From Minisyncoccia bacterium (lineage in GTDB: Bacteria > Patescibacteriota > Minisyncoccia > Phycocordibacterales > PALSA-1337): a DNA stretch of 64,000 nucleotides. Below, one piece after another: positions 10,020 through 19,657 of this stretch (within the stretch, counting starts at the first letter, position 1; each line of letters starts with the position of its first letter). The translations under genes were made by a program, and so were the position numbers. A model generated the notes under the pieces. That model ran no database searches and was not told the origin of the DNA. It saw nothing but the letters and a program-made list of their open reading frames with translations. The DNA lies in assembly GCA_044228445.1 (NCBI GenBank), contig JBGAUV010000001.1, positions 250,495-314,494 of the forward strand, read 5' to 3'.

Positions 10020-11353
10020 ACTATAAAGAATATTTCAAGGATAAAAACATAGCTATAGTGGGTTTGGGTCAATATGGTGAAATGATACCCGATATCAAGT
10101 TTTTAAAGGCTTTAAAGGCCAATATAACGATATATGACCCTAGAAGTGAGAGTAAGTTACGCTCTATAATATCAAAAATGGCTCCAAACCTTAAAAAACT
10201 GCTTTTAACAGGCAGTATTCCTAGTCAGGATCTTGCTTTAAAAGATCTCATAATACTATCTTCAGATATAAATTCTAAGTCCCTTTTTTTGAGAAAAGCT
10301 AGAGAAGCTGGTGTTCCAATAGAATATCAAGAGATTCTTTTCTTAAAATATTCACCAAATATTACTTTACTGGGTATTGCAGGTTCTTATGGAAAGACAT
10401 CTATATCAAAGATGTTAAATTCAATTTTTAAACAATCATTGTCACTAGATTCAAATCAAAGCTTATTTTATATCGATCATGAATCAAGTTCAGGTTATAT
10501 ATCAAATTTAAAAAAGATAAAACCAGGAGATATAGTATTGTCTGAAATACCTGAGCATATGATAAAAGAGTATAGAAAGGCTCGTATCAACCCACACATA
10601 GCAGTTATAACATCATTAACATCAACAGGAGAAGGTGGAGACAATGAAGTCTTTGGTTTACTTGAATATCAAACTTATAATAACTTTATTATTGCACCAG
10701 ATATTGTTATTGATAATTTAAGAAAAAGGGCAGGTTTTACAGCTAGAGCAAAAATATTTAGAACTAGAGTCGGTATAGTTCCAAATAATTGGAATTTATC
10801 AAAACATTCTCCACATGATTTAGAAAATTTATCCTTGGTATTACAAGTGTGTGAAATATTAAAAATTGAAAAAGATACTATTAGATTGGTTATTGAAAAA
10901 TTCAAAGGTATAAAAGGACATATGGAATATGTAAAGAATATTCGTGGTATAGATTTTTATAATGATGGTGCATCCATAAGCCCATATGCAACAGAAAATG
11001 CAATTATAAATATTTCAAATGGTAATGAAGAAAAAAATATAGTTCTTATACTTGGTGGAGCATATACAGGTTATGAATATGATAGGCTAATAAATATTGT
11101 GAAAATCAAGGTTAAAACAGTAATATGTTTACCTGGTAGTGGAACTGTTGGATTTAGAAATATGCTTTTAGATATTCAAGATTTAAATTTCAAGCAAGTA
11201 TTAAATATAGAAGAAGCAATAAAATATGTAAAAGATAGTGCTATAAAAGGGGATAAGGTAGTCTTTAGTCCAGCTTGTCTTGCTATTGGTTTATTTGAAA
11301 ATAGAATAGATAGGATTGAAAAATTTAATAAAATAATAAAGAGTTTTAAATAA
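10016..11353 (+). CDS. murD: Mur ligase family protein, MurD-like (GTG start)
   Basis: N-terminal IAIVGLGQYG Rossmann segment and central LLGIAGSYGKTS P-loop typical of Mur ligases. Confidence 0.6.
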   Translation: MNYKEYFKDKNIAIVGLGQYGEMIPDIKFLKALKANITIYDPRSESKLRSIISKMAPNLKKLLLTGSIPSQDLALKDLIILSSDINSKSLFLRKAREAGVPIEYQEILFLKYSPNITLLGIAGSYGKTSISKMLNSIFKQSLSLDSNQSLFYIDHESSSGYISNLKKIKPGDIVLSEIPEHMIKEYRKARINPHIAVITSLTSTGEGGDNEVFGLLEYQTYNNFIIAPDIVIDNLRKRAGFTARAKIFRTRVGIVPNNWNLSKHSPHDLENLSLVLQVCEILKIEKDTIRLVIEKFKGIKGHMEYVKNIRGIDFYNDGASISPYATENAIINISNGNEEKNIVLILGGAYTGYEYDRLINIVKIKVKTVICLPGSGTVGFRNMLLDIQDLNFKQVLNIEEAIKYVKDSAIKGDKVVFSPACLAIGLFENRIDRIEKFNKIIKSFK

Positions 11354-11354
11354 A

Positions 11355-12245
11355 CTAGTCACCACAAATGATACATACACTTATACCTGTTAAATCTCTT
11401 GTATAACTATCTTTCATAAGTCCAACTATCGATAAAGCACTATTTGTAGAAATATCTAAACCTGTATTATTTTTTACTAAAACAATAGCATTATTTATTT
11501 CTTCATTTGTAGCTATATATCCTTTTCCTCCAGTCTGTTTTATTAATTCAATAACCTTTTCTTTTCTAATTACTGTTTGATCGACTATTGCATCAGCTAC
11601 TGATATTTCATTTTTTGGTATGTCTTCTGTAATTTCATTTACCATAAAATGACAACTTGAAGTTTGTATAATATTTACTTCTATTTTATTTTTATTATTA
11701 ATAAAGTATTGTGCTAAAGCTTGTGCAGTAGTACCAGATGAAGTACCAATGTAAATCCTTTTTATATCTTTTATTTTTGATATTTCTTGAGCAAGACTCT
11801 CATAACCTAATAATGCTATATCATCTGTTGATTGTCTTAAGCTTTTTATATTTTGATCTTTTATTCTTTCAAATAATGATTGAAGAGGTTTTTCTACCTG
11901 ACTAATTCTTATATTTTCATCTTTTATTTTATAAAGTTTATTAAGTTTATTTTTATTTACTTTATTACCAATAAGAATTTCAAGTTTTATTTTTTCTTGG
12001 TTTTTATCATTTATTTCTTTTATATATAGAGCTGAAGCTAAACCTGCATTACCAGAAGAAGAAATAGCAAATTCCTTATAACCATGTTTAATATAATGAT
12101 CTATCATAAGAGGTAGAGATCGTCCCTTGTGAGAACCGTATGGGTGCATATCCTCCCTTTTTAATACTATACTCGCTCCTATTGCTAAGTTTAAGTCCTT
12201 GTATTCTTCATTTGGGGTGATGTTTTTTATTGATGACTTTTGCAT
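11355..12245 (-). CDS. PLP-dependent enzyme of the Trp-synthase-beta fold (threonine synthase/cysteine synthase-like)
   Basis: HPYGSHKGRS resembles the PxGSFKDR lysine motif; SSGNAG glycine-rich loop. Confidence 0.5.
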   Translation of the reverse strand: MQKSSIKNITPNEEYKDLNLAIGASIVLKREDMHPYGSHKGRSLPLMIDHYIKHGYKEFAISSSGNAGLASALYIKEINDKNQEKIKLEILIGNKVNKNKLNKLYKIKDENIRISQVEKPLQSLFERIKDQNIKSLRQSTDDIALLGYESLAQEISKIKDIKRIYIGTSSGTTAQALAQYFINNKNKIEVNIIQTSSCHFMVNEITEDIPKNEISVADAIVDQTVIRKEKVIELIKQTGGKGYIATNEEINNAIVLVKNNTGLDISTNSALSIVGLMKDSYTRDLTGISVCIICGD

Positions 12246-12293
12246 ATTGATATACTACACTCTTTTGTGTACTATTAGAAGACATAGAAATAT

Positions 12294-12458
12294 ATGAAAT
12301 CAATTTGTCCAGAATGTAAAAACAGTATCGACATTTCACGATATCCAAATATTAAAGAGGGTATGGTTATTGAGTGTAATCATTGTGGTATCACTCTTCT
12401 TGTAAAAAGTATAAAAGATAACAATATAGTTACAGATATAGTTGATGAAAGTAAATAA
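12294..12458 (+). CDS. Small zinc-ribbon protein with LysW-like pattern (amino-group carrier-like); not in the ORF track
   Basis: CPEC...CNHC pair of CxxC motifs; 54 aa with acidic C-terminus TDIVDESK. Confidence 0.4.
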   Translation: MKSICPECKNSIDISRYPNIKEGMVIECNHCGITLLVKSIKDNNIVTDIVDESK

Positions 12459-12461
12459 TAT

Positions 12462-13841
12462 TTATTTACTTAGTCTCTTTACTGTTTCTTCTATCATACC
12501 TCTAAAACCGTGAGATCCTAAAAAGGCGATAATATCTCCTTTTTTTGTATTTAATAATAAGAAGTTTATTAATTCTTCATCATCTTCTATGTATAGGGTG
12601 TTTTTATGTGTATTTGAAATTACGTTAGCAAGTTCTTTTCCATCCATAGGCTTTTTATCTTCATTCTCATTGATTTTCAATTTTGATAATCTAGGTATTA
12701 TTACTATGTCTGAATCAATAAAAGCATTTTTATAACTTCCACTTGCATCAATCTCTCTTCCTCCAATATTTGGTTCGAATACCGTAATAATTTTGCCTTT
12801 ATATATAGATCTTAAACAATTCAAAACTGAAATTGCTTTTTCTCCAGAATGAGCAATATCATCTATTACTTTTATATCACCATCATATCTTTTTTCTAAT
12901 CTTCTTTTCATACCTTTGAATTTTTCTATAGATGATATTATTTTTTCTGGTGATAGTCCTATATTGTGTGCCATAGCAAAAGCGCCAGTAATATTCTCAG
13001 CTTGAAAACTTCCTAATAATTGAGATTTAATATCATATGTATTATCTTTATGTTTTATTTTAAATTCCAAACCATTTTCATTTTGAATTATGTCTTTATA
13101 AACATAGTCAGCATTTTCTTTACCATAAAATATTGCTTTATCTAGTATCTTTTTTATTCCAGAATTATCTTTATTGGCAACGATCACTCCATTTTCTGGA
13201 ATGCTATTTATTAAATTTTTAAATACATCAAAATAACTTTTTTCACTAGGGTAAAGATCAGCATGATCCCAAGACACGGCTGTAAGTATTAAATGACTTG
13301 GTTTATAGTAATAAAACTTCGGTTTATTATCCCAAATAGCTGTTTTATATTCATCTCCTTCAACAACACTTATATTTGAATCAGACAAACTACCAGATTT
13401 ATGTGAAAGGGAAACACCACCAGTAAAATAACTGGGCTTCATATTATTATCAAGTAAAATAAAAGATAAAAGGGAAGATATGGTAGTTTTTCCCCAAGTT
13501 CCTGTTACTACTATTGATGTATCTTTTACGATGTATCTACCTATTGCTTCAGCAAATGATAAAACTTCTATACCTTTTTCTTTAGCATACATTATTTCAG
13601 GATTTGAAAGACTTGTCCCACTTCCTCCTGCAATTATCACATTTGGCTCACCAATATTTTCAGGGTGCCAACCCGCATAAAAATACACACCATTTTTTTC
13701 AAGATCTGTTGAAACTGGCGGAAAAAACCCTTTATCAGAACCGGTAACTTTATATCCTTGATCTTTTAAAGCAATAGCAATGGCGCTAGTAGCTACACCG
13801 CAAATTCCTACTATATGAATATGAAATGGTCCTGTGGACAT
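12462..13841 (-). CDS. UDP-N-acetylmuramate ligase, MurC/Mpl family
   Basis: HIHIVGICGVATSAIA...YKVTGSD N-terminus; TGTWGKTT P-loop. Confidence 0.7.
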   Translation of the reverse strand: MSTGPFHIHIVGICGVATSAIAIALKDQGYKVTGSDKGFFPPVSTDLEKNGVYFYAGWHPENIGEPNVIIAGGSGTSLSNPEIMYAKEKGIEVLSFAEAIGRYIVKDTSIVVTGTWGKTTISSLLSFILLDNNMKPSYFTGGVSLSHKSGSLSDSNISVVEGDEYKTAIWDNKPKFYYYKPSHLILTAVSWDHADLYPSEKSYFDVFKNLINSIPENGVIVANKDNSGIKKILDKAIFYGKENADYVYKDIIQNENGLEFKIKHKDNTYDIKSQLLGSFQAENITGAFAMAHNIGLSPEKIISSIEKFKGMKRRLEKRYDGDIKVIDDIAHSGEKAISVLNCLRSIYKGKIITVFEPNIGGREIDASGSYKNAFIDSDIVIIPRLSKLKINENEDKKPMDGKELANVISNTHKNTLYIEDDEELINFLLLNTKKGDIIAFLGSHGFRGMIEETVKRLSK

Positions 13842-13842
13842 A

Positions 13843-14502
13843 TTATTGTAAATTATTAAGTAAATCTTTTATTTGTTTTAAATCTTGTTTCCATTCTTTT
13901 CCATCGAACCATTCTATGCCTTCAAATTGAAGTTTATATACATCACTTGGTCTTTGTAGTGAACCTAGGTAAACATATTTTAATCCAATATTTTTTGCAT
14001 ATTCAATAGTCTTTGTCATCATTATTATACCCATATCTCTCGGAGATTTTTCTATATCGTAGAATGGATAACAATAATGTATAAAGTCACTGTTTTTATA
14101 ACATATAGCATAACCGCTATTGTTGAAATTTAATAATACATTAAAATTATGTTCTGTGGTAATTATTTCTTTTATTTTATTTGCAGAAAAAGCACCACCA
14201 GCTTTTTTATCATAAAAGTCTTTTGCAATTTTTCCTATCTGCCAAGAATAATTAGAATAGGGAATTGTTTCAATTTTCATATCAATGTTTTCACCTTTTC
14301 TAAGTATCCTTCTATTTTCACTAGTTAAATTAAATTTATTTAAATTAATTCTAACTGATCTAGTTTGTTGAATAGTGTCTTTTTGTATACGAGTAAATAC
14401 ATAACCGTTATTGTATAAACTAGTTATATCATCATCATGTTTTATATCCTTTTGATCCCAGTGTAAATATTCCATACTAGTGAAGTGCAAGCCAAACTCC
14501 AA
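13843..14502 (-). CDS. Hypothetical protein in the cell-wall cluster (possibly Fem/aminoacyl-transferase-like)
   Basis: Position between murC-like and mraY; weak resemblance only. Confidence 0.3.
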   Translation of the reverse strand: MEFGLHFTSMEYLHWDQKDIKHDDDITSLYNNGYVFTRIQKDTIQQTRSVRINLNKFNLTSENRRILRKGENIDMKIETIPYSNYSWQIGKIAKDFYDKKAGGAFSANKIKEIITTEHNFNVLLNFNNSGYAICYKNSDFIHYCYPFYDIEKSPRDMGIIMMTKTIEYAKNIGLKYVYLGSLQRPSDVYKLQFEGIEWFDGKEWKQDLKQIKDLLNNLQ

Positions 14503-15604
14503 TTACAACAAAAATAAAATGTATAATCCAGAATCTCATTATTGTTTTTTCTTCACTCCAACCAGTCATTTCAAAATGATGGTGAATTGGTGCCATTTTA
14601 AATATTCTTTTACCAAATACATATTTACTAAATACTTGTATCAAAACTGATATTGCTTCTATGTAGAACATAAAACCTAAAAAGAATAATGCACTTATTT
14701 CTCCAATTGCCAAAGTATTTACAGCAAGTAAAGCTCCAAGCCCTAAAGATCCAACATCACCCATCATAAATCTAGCGGGTTTAATATTGAAATATGTATA
14801 TGATACAAGTGCTCCAACTACAGTAGAATTTAATACTGCAATTTCACCAAAACCATTTATCCAAGACATTAGTGTTAAAGCTGAAAAAGTGGGTATAAGC
14901 ATTCCACCAGCAAGTCCATCCATACCATCAGCAATATTTACTGCATTTGCAGTGAACATAACTATAAAAATAACAATTGGTATTATAAGCCAACCTGCAT
15001 ACCATTCGAAACCAAAAGGAAAATATATATTATGCCAAGCTGGACCTAGTTTGTCATAAACCCACCAAGCTGTAATTGAACCAGCAATAAACTGTAGTAC
15101 AAGTTTTTCATGAACTGCCACACCTCTTACTGTTCTTGATCCAATCCAAACTGAAGTTCTTTTAAATATAGTCCAAGGTAGAGTTACGGTATACCATAGT
15201 CTCATTTTAAATTCTTTATGAATTTTAATTAAATTTAAAACATGACTTAATTTTCTTGATCTTCTTTCACTACCAAATATATTCATTAAATCATCTATAC
15301 CACCAAGCATTGCAGAAAGTATCATTACTCCCACAGGTACCCATGTAAAACTTCTAGACCAATTAAAAAGTAAGGTCATAATTGCTACAACTATTATTAC
15401 TAAAAGACCTCCCATTATGGGCGTATTCTCTTTTCCAGTTCTTGAATCAAAACTAGTTAATTCAATTTTAGGTTGTTTGATAACTCTATACTTTTTTAAT
15501 ACATGTATAAGTAAAGGTGCACAAAGGAAAGCTATTAGACAGCTAAAAATAGAAAAACCTAGAATATAGCCAAGATCGGCCGTTCCTTCAAGTATGCTTA
15601 TCAT
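14477..15604 (-). CDS. mraY: Phospho-N-acetylmuramoyl-pentapeptide transferase (GT4 MraY/WecA family)
   Basis: NAVNIADGMDGLAGG motif; about 10 TM helices; cell-wall gene context. Confidence 0.7.
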   Translation of the reverse strand: MISILEGTADLGYILGFSIFSCLIAFLCAPLLIHVLKKYRVIKQPKIELTSFDSRTGKENTPIMGGLLVIIVVAIMTLLFNWSRSFTWVPVGVMILSAMLGGIDDLMNIFGSERRSRKLSHVLNLIKIHKEFKMRLWYTVTLPWTIFKRTSVWIGSRTVRGVAVHEKLVLQFIAGSITAWWVYDKLGPAWHNIYFPFGFEWYAGWLIIPIVIFIVMFTANAVNIADGMDGLAGGMLIPTFSALTLMSWINGFGEIAVLNSTVVGALVSYTYFNIKPARFMMGDVGSLGLGALLAVNTLAIGEISALFFLGFMFYIEAISVLIQVFSKYVFGKRIFKMAPIHHHFEMTGWSEEKTIMRFWIIHFIFVVIGVWLALH

Positions 15605-15657
15605 ATTCTGTAATATTAGCCTAAAATAAGCCTTTTTTCAAACTTTATTTATGTGTA

Positions 15658-16437
15658 TTATTTAAAGAAATTTAACCTCAAAAGTTCAGTTGTAGAGTTC
15701 TTTGCGCCTATGTAAGTATAGTTATCTTCACCCGTTTTATCTGATTCTATCCATTTTTGTTCAATTAGACTTTTATTTATGTCAATGATTTCAATTATTC
15801 CATCATTTATACCATGACCATATTCTCCATGACTTGGCCAAGCTATGGAGTGTGTATAATGTATTTTTATAGGTATAAAGTTTTGATATTCCACTTGATA
15901 TACAACTAAAATATGATTTCTTTCTCCTGCTCCAGAATTTCTTTGCATAGTTATTATATCTCCAACTTTTACATCCTTTATTTCTATAGGGTGAGAATTT
16001 TCTTTTGATGCAAAAGTTTCAACATTGGTATTTTCAATTGGTCTCATCATTGATCTTATTTTTCCAATTATTCCTTTTGAAAAAGGAAAGGATAAATGTT
16101 TGTCTAAACTACCTTTACCCAAACTTATACTTTCAGCATTTAAAATATAATAAGCATAACCCGAACAATCTATTCCAATATTATGCATTACTAATATTTT
16201 TTTTAATTCTTCACTAGTAATATCTTTTATAGATATCTTTTCTTTCATTATTATTTGTTCAATCTCTTCAAATATTTCCTTTGGACTACCTTTACCATTT
16301 TCTACACGGAGTTTTGCTCTACCACCTGAGTGGCGATTGTTATAATAAGGTATAGAACAAATTGCATTACCAAGTTTGAAATTTTTATATTGATCAATTA
16401 TAGAAATAGCTTTTTCACTTAAAAATTTTGTATTCAT
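15658..16437 (-). CDS. NlpC/P60-like putative cell-wall peptidase
   Basis: IDCSGYAYYIL resembles the DCSGF catalytic-Cys motif; downstream His residues. Confidence 0.45.
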   Translation of the reverse strand: MNTKFLSEKAISIIDQYKNFKLGNAICSIPYYNNRHSGGRAKLRVENGKGSPKEIFEEIEQIIMKEKISIKDITSEELKKILVMHNIGIDCSGYAYYILNAESISLGKGSLDKHLSFPFSKGIIGKIRSMMRPIENTNVETFASKENSHPIEIKDVKVGDIITMQRNSGAGERNHILVVYQVEYQNFIPIKIHYTHSIAWPSHGEYGHGINDGIIEIIDINKSLIEQKWIESDKTGEDNYTYIGAKNSTTELLRLNFFK

Positions 16438-16443
16438 ATTGAG

Positions 16444-17616
16444 TTATATTATACATTCAAGTATAGACTTACCTCTTTTATTGAATTTATTATGTGTTTC
16501 CATTATACCCATAATACTTTGTATTCTAAACTCATCGCTATTTATCTTTGTATTATTATATTTAATTATATTATACCCATTCTCTTTTAAGGTATTTATA
16601 TCAATGGCAAAATCTTTTTTTGTTATTCTTTTAATAATTTGGGCTCCATCATTTATTTCAATAATATCTTCACTAATATCTTCATCTCTCAAAGCTTTTA
16701 TATGTGCTTCAAAAATTGTAATTCCTTTTATTCCTTCATTTCTATTCATCTTTTGAATTTCAGATTCATATGTAGTTGAAGCTGGTTGTCGAGCATTAAT
16801 CTCAATTAAAAATATTTTATCTCTCTGCTCATCATATATTACATCTATACCAAATAAGCCTTTCCATCCAGAATCTTTCATTTTTTGACCAATTTTATTT
16901 GCTATAGATTTTATTTCTTCAATTTGCAAATCTGTGAGTATGCTTGGCGGCACACTCCAATCATTACCAATTGTACTCATCATGTTTTCTGTAAAAGGTA
17001 ACATGCCGGTTATTTGATAACTTATATTTCCAAGTAGAATCTTATTTTTTCCAACAACAATGTTTAAAGTAAACATTGGCCCTTTTATGTATTCTGTAAC
17101 TCTTGCTTGTCTGTTTGGAAAGCTTGAAACTATAGTTTTTAATTCTTTCTCGCTATTTATTAGATATGTACCTTCACCAGTATGACTATGAGCCCATTGC
17201 AATATAAATGGTTTTTCTTTCCATACAATATCATTTCCTAATACTAAACTATGTTCCGGTAGTAAGTTTTCTAATTCTTTAAGCCAAGTAACTTGAGTTA
17301 TTTTATTTTCAATCATTTCTGATAATTCAGCTTTAGGGTTTAGTATTTCAAAATTATTCTCTTTAGCAATATTTTCTATTTGTATATTATTTTTAAATAC
17401 CAAAACCGAATATTTACCCTTTTTTATTTTATCGATATTTTTTTGATCCCTCAGTATATCAAGGGTGCTTTTTGTACCCTCAGAACTAAGTATTTCATAG
17501 GTATTATCTTGAGCCAGACTTTGAGCTCTTTCAGTATCTTTTGTTACATATAAGATTTTATTCTTCATATATTTCCACACTATACCATATATATAAAATA
17601 CCGTGTATAATGTCAC
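16444..17616 (-). CDS. ATP-grasp domain protein
   Basis: GLFGIDVIYDEQRDKIFLIEINARQ C-terminal ATP-grasp signature. Confidence 0.55.
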   Translation of the reverse strand: MTLYTVFYIYGIVWKYMKNKILYVTKDTERAQSLAQDNTYEILSSEGTKSTLDILRDQKNIDKIKKGKYSVLVFKNNIQIENIAKENNFEILNPKAELSEMIENKITQVTWLKELENLLPEHSLVLGNDIVWKEKPFILQWAHSHTGEGTYLINSEKELKTIVSSFPNRQARVTEYIKGPMFTLNIVVGKNKILLGNISYQITGMLPFTENMMSTIGNDWSVPPSILTDLQIEEIKSIANKIGQKMKDSGWKGLFGIDVIYDEQRDKIFLIEINARQPASTTYESEIQKMNRNEGIKGITIFEAHIKALRDEDISEDIIEINDGAQIIKRITKKDFAIDINTLKENGYNIIKYNNTKINSDEFRIQSIMGIMETHNKFNKRGKSILECII

Positions 17617-17640
17617 TACATTAATTTAATATTAATTTTT

Positions 17641-17838
17641 ATGTCAAAAAGACAATTACTTTCTCTGATAGGTATATGGAATATATTCTTTTTATTTCTA
17701 GGAATTCCAGATACTTGGGATAAGATTATATCCGGAATTATGGGATTAATAATAATTTTAATTGCATACAAAATACCGCATGAATATAAAAAGACTGAAA
17801 TAAATAAAACCGATGGTGCATTTATAGAAAATAAATAG
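17641..17838 (+). CDS. Small membrane protein
   Basis: Two predicted TM helices; no family recognised. Confidence 0.3.
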   Translation: MSKRQLLSLIGIWNIFFLFLGIPDTWDKIISGIMGLIIILIAYKIPHEYKKTEINKTDGAFIENK

Positions 17839-17840
17839 TA

Positions 17841-19019
17841 ATGAGCTTTAAGGAAATTTATAAAAATAAGCTCTTATTAAATGGAACTGTATTCATAATA
17901 TTTCTTGTCGTCTCTGTAAAAATTTCTAACATACCTTTTATATATAATGCATATACTAGTTCAATAACTGATGCACTCGGTACAACAACAATACTTTTAA
18001 ATAAAAAGAAAATTGTTCATATACAAACCCCTGAACCAGTAAAAGCTGTTTATATGACTAGCTGGGTAGCGGGGAATATAAAATTAAGAAATAAAGTTAT
18101 TGATTTAATAGATAAGACAGAAATAAATTCCATTGTAATAGACATAAAGGATTATACAGGCAGAATAAGTTTTAAAGTTGATGATGAAAAATTAAAAGAA
18201 ATTGGTTCTGTAGAAGAAAGAATACCAGATATTGTTGGTTTGATTGATATGTTACATGAAAAAAATATTTATGTAATTGGTAGAATATCTAGTTTTCAAG
18301 ATTCATATTTTGTAAAGAAATTCCCTCAATATTCTGTAAAGACAAAGAGTGGGGAAGTTTGGAAGGATTATAAAGGAATAAGTTGGCTTGATGCTGGTGC
18401 CGAACCCGTATGGGATTATCTGGTTAATATAGGTAATGAAGCATATTCAAAAGGTTTTGATGAATTAAATTTTGACTACATACGTTTTCCTTCAGATGGA
18501 AACATGATAGATATTTCATATACTTTCGGTAAAGGTAGAAATAGAGTAGATGTAATGAAAGATTTTTATGCTTTTATTGATAAATCTTTTAGACCAAAAG
18601 GAATTCCAATTTCAGCAGATTTATTTGGTATGACAACTTCAAATAGTGATGACTTGGGAATAGGACAAATTCTTGGAAATGCACTTATGCATTTTGATTA
18701 TGTTGCGCCAATGATATATCCATCGCACTACCCACCAAACTTCAATGGTTGGCCAAATCCTGCAAAGAAACCATATGATGTTATCAAGTTTGCCCTTGAA
18801 AGGGGAGTGAATAAAGCTGCAATTGCTAGCACAAGTCCAAATAAACTACGTCCTTGGTTACAAGACTTTGGTATAAATGGTGTTCCATATACTCCAGATA
18901 TGGTTCGTGAACAAATTAAGGCTACATATGATGTTGGTCTTACGAGTTGGATGATGTGGAATGCTTCAAATAATTATTCTCTACCAGCATATGAAGTTGC
19001 AACTAGTACGGGAGTTTAG
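17841..19019 (+). CDS. Putative glycoside hydrolase-like TIM-barrel protein (GHL/DUF4015-like) with N-terminal TM anchor
   Basis: VKAVYMTSWVAGN and LNFDYIRFPSDG motifs resembling GH-like families. Confidence 0.4.
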   Translation: MSFKEIYKNKLLLNGTVFIIFLVVSVKISNIPFIYNAYTSSITDALGTTTILLNKKKIVHIQTPEPVKAVYMTSWVAGNIKLRNKVIDLIDKTEINSIVIDIKDYTGRISFKVDDEKLKEIGSVEERIPDIVGLIDMLHEKNIYVIGRISSFQDSYFVKKFPQYSVKTKSGEVWKDYKGISWLDAGAEPVWDYLVNIGNEAYSKGFDELNFDYIRFPSDGNMIDISYTFGKGRNRVDVMKDFYAFIDKSFRPKGIPISADLFGMTTSNSDDLGIGQILGNALMHFDYVAPMIYPSHYPPNFNGWPNPAKKPYDVIKFALERGVNKAAIASTSPNKLRPWLQDFGINGVPYTPDMVREQIKATYDVGLTSWMMWNASNNYSLPAYEVATSTGV

Positions 19020-19022
19020 CTG

Positions 19023-19052
19023 TTGACAGAAAAGGTTGTTGCGTGCTAATAT
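19023..19052 (+). promoter_or_regulatory. Consensus sigma70 promoter TTGACA-N18-TAATAT driving the small RNA
   Basis: ttgacagaaaaggttgttgcgtgctaatat. Confidence 0.5.
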
Positions 19053-19058
19053 ATTTTT

Positions 19059-19190
19059 GCCACCCCAGAGGTATGAAATTGTTCCGTCGTCACCTCCTAG
19101 TGACCACAGGGTCATACCCCACGACGGGATGATCGATTACCTCTGAGGGTGGTATACGGCTTGCAGAATTTTTCTGCGGCCTTTTTTATT
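19059..19190 (+). ncRNA. Candidate structured small RNA carrying the CACCUCCU motif; family unassigned
   Basis: 14-bp outer stem ccaccccagaggta/tacctctgagggtgg; inner stem ccgtcgt/acgacgg; internal loop cacctcctag; 3' hairpin plus T-run; GC-richer than its flanks. Confidence 0.45.
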
Positions 19191-19216
19191 TATATTATAT
19201 TTATACACAATAAGTA

Positions 19217-19245
19217 TTGCCTTTTTCATATATTAGATGTACTAT
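19217..19245 (+). promoter_or_regulatory. Candidate promoter TTGCCT-N17-TACTAT for the small-ORF transcript
   Basis: ttgcctttttcatatattagatgtactat. Confidence 0.35.
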
Positions 19246-19344
19246 ATTTATCCGGATGCACTCTACCTCGGTTTACTACTAGGAGGTGGTAGACTCAATA
19301 GGGGTAAGGGGGAGCATTGAACCTAGTTAAGTTAGGAGGTCAAA

Positions 19345-19530
19345 GTGTCAAAGGAAAATCCTGTGACGTCATGGAGGGTGATCGGGAAGCCGGTAGTCCG
19401 AAGTGACGGACACAATATTGTCAAAGTCGATAATGGAGGAAAGAGGCCGAGAGAAGTCCTTGTACCAAAGGGCACTCCAGCCAAAAATTTCAACGCCTTT
19501 ATCAAGCAGGCATTGTATCCCACTTATTGA
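19345..19530 (+). CDS. Small SD-led hypothetical protein (61 aa, GTG start)
   Basis: TAGGAGGT 5 nt before GTG; GC-rich codons; followed by a GC-rich terminator. Confidence 0.45.
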   Translation: MSKENPVTSWRVIGKPVVRSDGHNIVKVDNGGKRPREVLVPKGTPAKNFNAFIKQALYPTY

Positions 19531-19566
19531 CATGACTGACACTTCCCCTACGGGGGAAAACTACAC

Positions 19567-19595
19567 CGCCGGGCCCAGTGGACCCGGCGGTTTTG
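19567..19595 (+). terminator. GC-rich rho-independent terminator
   Basis: ccgccgggcccagtggacccggcggtttt. Confidence 0.6.
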
Positions 19596-19657
19596 CATAT
19601 GTGGATAAATATTTCACCAATATAAAATATGGTATAATAGTATGAGTATAAAATCTC

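Noticed and set aside
16439-16756. 105-aa plus-strand ORF and other short antisense ORFs inside long genes (for example 32205-32633, 14787-15059, 48755-49039)
   Set aside because: Low-complexity I/L/F/S-rich translations antisense to well-supported genes in AT-rich DNA; no start signals.
19059-19190. Identification of the structured RNA as SRP RNA, tmRNA or 6S RNA
   Set aside because: It lacks the SRP domain-IV GGAA/AGCAGCC motif. It has no tRNA-like ends or tag ORF as tmRNA would. It has no 6S-like central bubble. Left as an unassigned sRNA.
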